This document shows positions 47,901-59,900 of a stretch of DNA of 64,000 nt, in pieces; position 1 is the stretch's first letter, and the number at the start of each line of letters is the position of its first letter. The notes under the pieces were generated by a model. The model worked only from the letters and a program-made list of their open reading frames with translations. It did no database searches and was not told the DNA's origin. Position numbers and translations under genes: made by a program. Origin of the DNA: Ostrea edulis (taxonomy: Eukaryota); assembly GCF_947568905.1 (NCBI RefSeq), contig NC_079169.1:36208001-36272000 (forward strand). Reading direction: 5' to 3'.

Positions 47901-50900
47901 GTTATTTGTGGAAAATATTGACCGCGTCACAAACAAAACTGCGTACACAAAACATAATTGTATGGTATGTACAGTATGTGTTTTTTTTTTATAAGTTGGA
48001 TTACATTTATTATCTTATAAATGTGGATTTAAAATGCATAAGGGGGTATATAATAAATTTATCATTACTACAGTAACTTGATCCGAAGAGTTGGATCGCG
48101 TCTCGTTGACAGGCGCGGATCATCAGATCAAACTCGATGCTTCGCGTCTCGTGTGATCTGATGATCCGCTCCTGTCAACTTGACGTGATCTGACTCTTCG
48201 GATCAAGTTACTGTAGTAATAATATATATTTAGTCCCTACTGTACGTTGGATCACCTGGTAAAATTTGCATGTGAGCTATTCCCAGTAAGTCGTTAAACT
48301 AAATCATCTTTTGCACACCAAGCCAATCTAATTAAAATCAGACTTCTTAGATCCACGTCGTATACTCTGCGTAAGAAGATCTGACATAATCCGACTTGGG
48401 GTCATGTTCAATTGAACTTTATGTTGGCCAATCAGCACATCACCAATGATCTCTTCGGTGTTCACAATTCAAGGAAAATGGATGTGATTGTTTGATTTAA
48501 AAGAAAACACATCGCAGCTAGATGTGACATCACAATGTACTGTTTAGTACTTCGACTGGTGTTATATTCCTCGCATTAATTAAGTACACCATCTTGAAAA
48601 CTATTCAAATCGTACCTATCCCTATTCATAAGTAAATCACATTTCACAATTTATTTAATTTGGGTGTATTTTACATAGTACGATTTGTTGTTTGAATGAA
48701 CGAAATATATCAGGCATTATTGCAAAAGTTTAAAATTCTTTATGTGAGAATACACAATTTTATAGTGTGGAGTATACTTCGTGGTAGAGAGATTACTGCA
48801 ACTTATTTACGAATTGCCGGGAACCACCTAAATAACTATCATTGTTTGTATGGCACAATCTGACTGGCTGATAGTTCTTATGAACATTCCAAGCGAAATG
48901 TCATGCGGATGTGATCCCCTATGGGGTTATGTCAGATCCTATTGTAGTGATTGTGAGCTTATCTTAGGATCTGATTTTGATTAGATTGCATACCAACCTA
49001 GACATCTATTAATATTAATCAGATCCAAAAGGGGAATGTCTGGGGGTTGAACAAATTTTTCTTTAGGTGAATCAAGCTTCATATGTTCTAAACATTAATG
49101 CAATAGATATTTTATTATACAGAATTCTTATTTATTCTCAAAATGTCCATTTGCAATAGAATTATGGTTTGAATAACTTGACATTTTGCTTCAACAATGC
49201 AGAAGAGGAATGTGGGTTCTACTGAAGTGGGATATGATTCCCCAATCACATGACCAAAAAAAACCAATCACATTACTTCTTCATGAAATCTTATATATGA
49301 GGTATGATATTAAATCATAGTTACAGAGAAAAGAACTCACAACACAATTTTTTTCTACATGCAAAGAATCAACTAACCATTTGATGTGAGATGTAGCTTT
49401 GGATTTATTTATCTCATCTCGTAAGTCTAAAACTGCACTCGATGCCTCCTTGTCAAAAGAAGTTCCCAGACTCAATCTTAAAAATAACAACAAGGTTACA
49501 TCATTAGGTGATACACAAAATGTAATATAATTCATCCTTCTTGCGGGATTTATAATGATATCACTTTAGTTACCCCTGCTCCGACTGGAAATCCTTGGGA
49601 CGATAGTGCAGGTAATTTTCTTCATCTCTGACACTCTCCGATTTACGTTTCTTTTTTCTTTTTGGATCAAATACTTTGCTATTGGCCTTCCTCTTTCCTC
49701 CAATTACAGTCCGGAATGTTTCCTGTTTCAATTTAGAATATCTATGAAAGAAGAGGCCCATGGCCACATCGCTCACCTTAGTCACTTTGGCCCATATCTA
49801 AAGATTTTACATACATATTTGCATGTAAAACTTTGGTCCCTTTTGTGACCTGAACCTACCCCCGGGGGGCCATGATTTTTACAAACTTGAATCTGCAATA
49901 TGTCAGGAAGCTTTCATGTAAATGTAAACTTTTCTGACCCAGTGATTCTTCAGAAGATTTTTAATGATTTTCCCTATATATTTGTTTGTTAAACTTTGAT
50001 CCCCTATTGTGGCTGCATTGTACTCCCCGTGGCCATGAATTTAACAAACTTGAATTTGCATAATGTCAGGACACTTTCATGTAAATTTCTACTTTCCTGG
50101 CCCAGTGGTTCTTGAGAAGAAGATTTCTAAAGAATTTCCCTATTTAGAGTTAATTCTCTTATTGTGGCTCCATCCTACCCCCGGGGGGCCATAATTTTTA
50201 CAAACTTAAATCTTCACTATGTCAAGAAGCTTTCGTGAAAATGTAAACTTTTCTGGCCCAGTGATTCTACTTGAATCTGCACTATGTCGGGAAGCTTTCA
50301 GGTCAATTTCAGCTCCTCTGGCCCAGTGATTCTTGAGAAGATTTTTAAAAAACCGCACCCTATTTTTGCATTTTTGTGATTATCTCCCCTTTGAAGGGGC
50401 ATGGTCCTTCATTTGAACAACCTTGAAAGCCCTTCACCCAAGGATGTTTTGTGCCAAGTTTGGTTGAAATTGGCCTAGTGGTTCTGGAGAAGATGAAAAT
50501 GTGAAAAGTTTACGCTGACGACAGACAACAGAGAAATTTTGATCAGAAAAGCTCACCTGAGCCTTCAGCTCAGGTGAGCTAAAAACGTGCAGCGCTGAAT
50601 TTCGTTCAAATGGCTATAACTCTTCTAAAAACTGGGAAAACCATGATAAAAATCCAATTTGTTTGGAAGTTGTTTATGATGAAGCTACACAGCAAGTGTC
50701 ATATCTTAATGTCCTAGAGCATGACCAAAATGTGCAGAAATTGAATTTTATGCAACAGGCCATGACTCTTGTAAAGCGGGGTCCATCATCACAGAAGTTA
50801 ACCTTGATCTGTATGGTTGTTTGTCAGAAAGGTATACAGCAAGTTTCTTATCAATACTTCAAAGCATGACTGAAACAAAAGGCCCATGGGCCACAATACT

Positions 50901-53900
50901 CACCTACCCTTTCTCCAAAGTTCATATTTCAAAAAAAGGAAGATTTTCAAATATTTCCCCATACACTCTCATGTGAAACTTTGAATCCATGTGGCCAAAC
51001 CCAACCCCAGGGCATTGATTTGAAGAAACTTGAATCAGCACTACTTAGCGATACTAGTGACTATAATATGACTAATCCTGGCCCTGCTGCTCATGAGAGT
51101 AAGATTTATAAAAAATTATCTTTCTGTAAAACGTTGATCCCTTGTTGAAGCTTCAGATTACAAAACACACCTGTAGATTACACTACACACCTGTAGATTA
51201 CAATACACACTTGTAGATTACACTACACACCTGTAGATTACACTACACACCTGTAGATTACACAACACACCTGTAGATTACACAACACACCTGTAGATTA
51301 CACAACACACATGTAGATTACACTACACACCTGTAGATTACACTACACACCTGGACGCTGTTTCATCAATAAGTGTAAATTTTCAACTAACTAAGTCTTA
51401 CGCCGACTACGTAAATCTAGTTACGTACAATCTTAGTTTAGCGCAAACCGTGTTTCACGAAACGACGTAAATACATGCGTACGTTACTACTCGACTAACT
51501 TTTCAACTAAGCTTACGTGCTTAGTTACCGCGCCCTGAGCATGCGTACATCATACTTTCGGTTTTTTTCACTTGTCGTCTGGACGAAAATAATGAATGAA
51601 AAGAACGCAAAAAAAAAAATACACAAGCGGAATTGGGAGGAGACAGAGATGGCCGTGTTGGCAGAGGCAGTAAAATTTTCCTATACCATACTATTTGGGC
51701 ACTGCATACTAAATCAAACATATCACTCCATAAACAAAATTTGTTTTTATGTATATAGGCCTATGTATATATTTTACATCTCTTCTTCTTCAAAAAGTAG
51801 TTGTTTTATGATTTCAAAGGTTATTATATTTTAAGTGCATGTAGGTCGACACGATACATGTACATCTACATTGTATATAGATATTAACTATATATTTATA
51901 CTTTAATTGGATAATTAATGTAGACTCGTGGGCCTAAATGTGTTTGAACAAATTGAAGATATGTGCATATTTTACAGTTTGGGATTATATACAGGCACGT
52001 ACCATCGTTTTGCAAAGTGACGGGAGGGGGGGGGGGGGGGGGGGGGGGGGACTGGGACATAGATTAGATGTTGGCCTGGGACATAGATTAGATGTTGGCT
52101 TTTGAAATAATCTTTTTATCCTGCGTTATAACGCAAAAAATAAAAAAAATAAATAAAATGTTTTGTCCTATCTGCAAAATCCTAATTCGGAGGGGTGGGG
52201 GGTGGGGGTGACGGGGGTGGGGGTGGGGGATGGAGTGGGTGGTGTTGGAATCTTTTGCAGTGATTTCCACAATTTTTTCTCTCTCAGGTTTCATTTTCTT
52301 CAATCGTTGGGGTGCTAGAGTCTTCTATTATGAGTGCATCAAAACATTTTCCTTGACAAAGTACAAAATTTTAAAAAATCGTATTGTTAAAAAAAGTGGA
52401 GTAGAAATGCAAGGTGACCCCCTCCCATTCACGCCGATTAGTGCCTAATATACATGTGCATGTCGATGTTTTTCTTTGTTTGATAACATAAAATATATAT
52501 CTGCACGGATTATCCTGCACATCACTTATTACCGAAATTCGTCAAGTATCAAACTGTTACGAAGACTTTTTTTTTTAATTTGGAAGAACTTTATTATCAT
52601 AATATAGTTATATGATGTATCTCTTAAGACGGGATATTTTTTCAAGATTTAAAATATACAATGGAAAATAGTAGATCTTAAAGTAACTGTTCATAAAATA
52701 TACATTACACTCCCATAAATCCACCCACCATACGATTGAGATCGAATTGAATCGGGCTCGCTAATCATTTGTTCCAAGTAAGTCAGAGCGGAAGTTTTGA
52801 AGAGATTTATAAATAGCTTACATATAATACAACAAAGTGAATGTTCCCTATACGGTGGACTACTTTACAAAGGGATTTGGGAATAACACTGTGCGTTCAT
52901 CATTCGTGTACAGATAGACACTTGTGAAAGTAATCATACAGTAAAGGCAAGCCATAAATTTACTAGTTTTCAAAGGGAAGTAACCCTTATGGCCTTACAT
53001 ATTTATCGTTGTAAATGTCTAAAAGCATCCTGTCTTGAAAAAATCGATCACGACGCAAAGCTCGTCGGTAAAAATTCCACATATATTTACAAACAGCTAA
53101 CAGTTGGCCATGATTTTTGCTTACGTAGATACTTGCGTAAGGGTTCGACCTGACGTAGTGTTTCTACTAGTTAGTAGAAAACTTGTGTAAATTCCAATCT
53201 TACGCCACTTGATGAAACGGACTTGCGTAAAATATTTAGTCTAGTCAGAAAGTTACGCCAAACTAAGCTTACACAACTAGTTACGATGTTTGATGAAACA
53301 GCGTCCTGTAGATTACAATACACACCTGTAGATTACACAACACACCTGTAGATTACACAACACACCTGTAGATTACACTACACACCTGTAGATTACACTA
53401 CACACCTGTAGATTACACTAAACACCTGTAGATTACACAACACACATGTAGATTACACTACACACCTGTAGATTACACAACACTCCTGTAGATTACAATA
53501 CACACATGTAGATTACACTAAACACCTGTAGATTACACTAAACACACCTGTAGATTACACTACGCACCTGTAGATTACACTACGCACCTGTAGATTACAC
53601 AACACACATGTAGATTACACAACACACATGTAGATTACTCTACACACCTGTAGATTACACTAAACACCTGTAGATTACACAACACACCTGTAGATTACAC
53701 TACACACCTGTAGATTACACAACACACCTGTAGATTACATTACACACCTGTAGATTACACTACACACCTGTAGATTACACAACACACCTGTAGATTACAC
53801 TACACACTTGTAGATTACACTACACACATGTAGATTACACTACACACCTGTAGATTACACTACACACCTGTAGATTACACTACACACATGTAGATTACAC

Positions 53901-56900
53901 TAAACACCTGTAGAATACTCTACACACCTGTAGATTACACAACACACCTGTAGATTACACAACACACCTGTAGATTACATTACACACCTGTAGATTACAC
54001 TACACACCTGTAGATTACACAACACACCTGTAGATTACACTAAACACCTGTAGATTACACTACACACCTGTAGATTACACTACACACCTGTAGATTACAC
54101 AACACACCTGTAGATTACACAACACACCTGTAGATTACAATACACACATGTAGATTACACTAAACACCTGTAGATTACACTAAACACACCTGTAGATTAC
54201 ACTACGCACCTGTAGATTACACTACGCACCTGTAGATTACACAACACACATGTAGATTACACAACACACATGTAGATTACTCTACACACCTGTAGATTAC
54301 ACTAAACACCTGTAGATTACACAACACACCTGTAGATTACACTAAACACCTGTAGATTACACAACACACCTGTAGATTACATTACACACCTGTAGATTAC
54401 ACTACACACCTGTAGATTACACAACACACCTGTAGATTACACTACACACTTGTAGATTACACTACACACCTGTAGATTACACTACACACCTGTAGATTAC
54501 ACTACACACCTGTAGATTACACTACACACATGTAGATTACACTAAACACCTGTAGAATACTCTACACACCTGTAGATTACACAACACACCTGTAGATTAC
54601 ACAACACACCTGTAGATTACATTACACACCTGTAGATTACACTACACACCTGTAGATTACACAACACACCTGTAGATTACACTAAACACCTGTAGATTAC
54701 ACTACACACCTGTAGATTACACTACACACCTGTAGATTACACAACACACCTGTAGATTACACAACACACCTGCAGATTACACAACACACCTGCAGATTAC
54801 ACAACACACCTGTAGATTACACTACACACCTGTAGATTACACTACATACCTGTAAATTGTCCTCGTCTGCCATCTGTTGCTCTGTATTCTCCCTATCACT
54901 GTCGTCTGCTTCTGCCTCCTTAGATTCTGACGTCTGCTCTATTCTTCTGTGGATGACTGTCTGATGGAAGGCTCTCTTCTGTTTCATTACATCAAAGCTC
55001 TTGTTCTTAGATGAGGTGTTGGTCTCAAAAATTGTCTAAAATTCACAGTTTTTTATTTATGGGTGAGATAAATTAAATTGTTTATCTATTTGGCTTCACT
55101 CACTATCATTTGTATATACAATGTACACAATTTTCCTTGCACTTATCAAATTGAAAATCTCAGTCAAAGACATATATATACATACAAGTATAAATAAATG
55201 TAGAATATTTGATTTGAAATTGATATTATTTGCTAGTACAGAATACGTATCCAAACTAGTAACCACTGACATCCATTTCTAATCTCATCTAAATTAAAAC
55301 TGGGTTGCTCAAAACCTTGGTTAAATTTGACCACTGGTTAAATTTACTATCCACTGAATAACTAACCGCTGGTCAAATTTCTGTTGCTCAAAGTAAATTT
55401 AGCCCTAGGGCTTACTAATCAATGATTACGTACATTTAAACCTTTGGTTAAGCTTAACCAAGGTTTTGAGCAACCCAATCCAGACTTCTATTTATGTGAT
55501 AGTGTAAATAGATGTCTAATCCCCTTTTTACTTTGCAGAGCAATCAGTTCCACGTAGTAGAAAGGTTAAATGCCCATATCTCCTAATTGTATAAAACAAA
55601 TACCGAGTCCATTGATTAGATAGTCTGTTTGTGAAAATTACATTTTAATGAATGAATCAGAGCTTAAGGTAACTGATTCATTTTAATTTTCTGTTAAGTT
55701 TTTTTTAACAATTTCTAATGAAAAAATATTATATTTTTATAAGTAACGAAATGGTATTTAATTTGGAATGTTCCGATTCACATCCTGAAACTTGGTATCT
55801 GTAAACATCCCTGTATTTCTCAATCCCAACACTTAATGAGAGTCTAGAAAATGTTTAAAAATTATATTTCTCATTCCTGACACTCAATGACAGTGTAGAA
55901 TATGTTTAAACCCATAATTCCAGGACTCATTGACAGTATAGAAAATGTTTAGAATCGTATTTCTGAATCCCAGCACTCAACAAGAGGTACTGTGAGCAAT
56001 GCTCACTAAGAATACCCCCCGCTTACCCCAATCTCCCAAAGGGTGTTGGTAATAGGTAAAACTTCAGTATTATGATCCAAAAGGTATCTAGGAACACAGC
56101 ATCTCCATGCGATGAAAAAAGCCATTAAAGAATTTAAATGGAAACCATATTGCTACTTCGATGTCCAGTGCGCTTGACCTTTGACCTTTTGACCCCAAAA
56201 TCGATAGGGAACATCTTCATCCCATGGCTAGTCCATATGTATGATATGGTGACTGTAGGTGGAAAGGATAACGCTTTAGAGCCCGGAAACCATATTGCTA
56301 CTTCGATGTCCAGTGCGCTTGACCTTTGGACCCCAAAATCGATAGGGAACATCTTCATCCCATGGATAGTCCATATATATGATATGGTGACGGTAGGTGG
56401 AAAGGATAATGCTTTAGAGCCCGGAAAACATTGCGTCTACAGACGGATGGATGGACGGACGGACGGACAGACAGACGGACAACCCGATTCCAGTATACCC
56501 CCCCACAACTTGTTGGGGGGGGGGGGGGGGGGGGGGGGGGGGAGAGGTATAATGACAGTGTTACAGTAGAAAATGTTTAGAATCGTATTTCTGAATCGCA
56601 GAACTCACTGTATGTCCTTTGTATGATTTGAGAGCATTCAGGAGATCATTCCTGTGCTGTTCCTCTTCACCAAACTCAGACGCTACAAAGTCATTCAAGA
56701 TGTTTAATAGATAGCAGCTGTCAATTTACCTAATAAATCAATTTCAATTAAACCAAGCTCTACTGTCTTGTAAATGGTTAAATTTATGATTAGGGCTGTT
56801 CCAGAAATGATCAAATGGGGGGGTCGGGCGGCAAATGATATTTTTTTGTGTGGGTGGTCGTATTTTTTCATATTTTAATTGGTCCGTGGTTGGACTGTTA

Positions 56901-59900
56901 AAAAAATATTTATTATGGGTAGTGGGTAGTTTCTATTGTTTTATTTTGTGCCACGTGGGTGTTGAGTTTTCAGAATATTTTTATTGTCGCTCTTGTTGTG
57001 TTGGTTACAAAACGTCGGAGGGAAAATTGAAAACGTGCTTTCGAAATGCTGCTTTCGAAATCGGAAATCGGAAGTAACATAGAACTATTCGAGTTGTCGC
57101 TCTTTGCAGCGCATAACTTTCCATTACGGCACTCTTCAAATTAGAGGCGCGTTTAGTAGGGTCCCTTTGGACGTGATGGCGGCGAACTCTGTTCTGTAGA
57201 TTATTACAGTTTACAGTGCATCGATTTTGGGAATATTTTGAAACCAATAGGTATTCCGTTTTCTAATAAAAATAGGCAAACCTTAGTTGATTTATACGAG
57301 GGTACCGATGCGTTATATTTATCAGTCGGTGTGATGGTGATATAGAGGCCTCCGGGCGCGGGCTCCATTAGAAGACGAACGATTCGTGGAAAAACATATC
57401 CATACCTATTTCATGATAATAGCATCGTTTGGACTCCCAATCTTTCCAACATTCCCGCCATAGAATCCTTTGATTGTTGATGTGACATCGTTTCTTCAGA
57501 ACTACTGTGATACAATGTCGCACAGGCATTACCGTGTCATTGACTAGAATGTTTGTCCCGAAAACCTCGCGAGATTTGTACTGTTTTCATTTTTAAAAAT
57601 ATTTTTGTGGTGGGTCTGGTTAGTTTTTTTTTTTTTTTTAGATGGGTCATTGTAAAATGAGTTTATTAATTTGATGGGTCATGGGGTAATTTTTTATATT
57701 TTTTTATGGGTGCTTGGTATATACAAAAGGTGCCTCCCGACCCCCCCATGTATTTATTTCTGGAATAGCCCTTAACAAAAATCCAAATTTGTGAACATTT
57801 CTACATTTTCTATAAAGGATATATACTTTTATTAACCATATAATTTTTGCTTCCTGAACAAAAAAAAATTATTGCAATCCATGTATTCTTCTAAATATCT
57901 TTTGTTCAATGCACTAAATATGCACCACAATCATTATTTTGAGTAACTATCTCATTTTTATGGTAATTTCTAAATGTTACCTTAAAATCTAGAAAGGTTT
58001 AGATAGTTGGGAAATTATCCGTTGAAGTCATCAGTGATAACTACATAAATACAGTGCTACAGTGAACAAATGCACAACACACACATACATCGCACAGTGA
58101 ACAAACGCACAACACACACATACATAACACAGCGAACAAACGCACAGCACACACATACATCGCACAGTGAACAAACGCACAGCACACACATACATTGCAC
58201 AGTGAACAAACGCACAGCACACACATATATCGCACAGTGAACAAACGCACAGCACACACATACATCGCACAGTGAACAAACGCACAGCACACACAAACAT
58301 AACACAGGTAACAAACTCACAGCACACACATACATAGCACAGTAAACAAACGCACAACACACACATACATAACACAGTGAACAAACGCACAACACACACA
58401 TACATAACACAGTAAACAAACGCACAGCGCACACATACATCGCACAGTAAACAAACGCACAACACACACATACATAGCACAGTAAACAAATGCACAGCAC
58501 ACACATACATCGCACAGTGAACAAATGCACAGCACACACATACATAGCACATCGAACAAACGCACAACACACACATACATAACACAACGAACAAATGCAC
58601 AGCACACACATACATAGCACATCGAACAAACACACACATACATAACACAACGAACAAATGCACAGCACACACATACATAGCACAGTGAACAAACGCACAG
58701 CACACACATACATCGCACAGTGAACAAATGCACAGCACACATGAACAAAGCACGTTCTTTCAGATATGAAGTGGTTGGTCAGTAACTTAAGCTACTAGTA
58801 TTTACCAAACATAGGATGCATTCCCATGGGAGAGGACTGAAGAATATCCTTGTATCGTTTAATTGACTCCTTTGCTGGAAGGGGGCGTGACCGTAGGTAT
58901 TTCTTCAAGGCATTTCCAACCACTTTCTTCATATTCACCTGAATATATGTCACTCACATGACTTATAACGTTTTACAATCTAGCATAATGCTTGCATGTT
59001 AAACATACAGTATCTTCATTTTCACTCACACAAAGTAAATTTTGGAGGTTTCAATCAAAGCACAACTGAATTTGAGTGGTACGATTACAATTTGTCATTT
59101 CACTGTCTCACCAGATCGATGTGGTCTTTGTGCCAAAGCCTAAGTTGATCCTCTGCTTCATCAATTACTGACTGCGGAACATCTCCCATCACTCCATCGC
59201 TATCTGAAATATCACGCATTTCATTGATGATTAAGAAAAGAAGAGAGAGAGAGTGTGTGTGTGTGTGTGTGAACAATTTCTGACAAAACACACATTAAAA
59301 TTTGAATGTACATATGTGGTGAAATCAAAATCAGATTCTACTTGCTCTAACCTGTTAAGTTTTTATGAGGTGTTGCTAAATTGAGAGATCTTCCTAAAAA
59401 GATGTACAAGTCCAAAAGGTAAGGTACTTCATCATGAGCCACTAGAGAAAAAGCATATCCCTCCCTTCCTGCTCGGGCCACTCGACCTGTGGGGACAGGA
59501 TTTCAAGGTCATAAATACAGCAAAGTAACTTTTGATCAAATGAATTTTTTTTTAATCAAGCAAAGAAATCACGGCAGCAATACTGACCCACTCTATGAAC
59601 AAAGAGCTTGGACTTAGCGGGAAAGTTCATATTAATGACGTTATCCAGTAGCGGTATGTCAATGCCTCGAGCTGCAAGGTCAGTCACAATAAGAACCTTG
59701 ACCTTTTTATGCTGGAATTTGGCAATATTGATTTTACGGGCCGCAGGATCTAACGAGCTGTAGATATAAGTGGATTCTATTCCTGCGTAGGACAAAATCT
59801 GAAATATTACATGCATAGGGTGTTTAGAATATAACATGTGCATCACTTCAGAATGAGAGATACAAAAATCGTAATTGAAAGCACAAAGAAATTGAAACCT

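Noticed and set aside
58031-58753. Cys/Val-rich ORFs up to 240 aa resembling metallothionein or keratin-associated proteins
   Set aside because: Translations of the 35-bp CA-rich intronic minisatellite.
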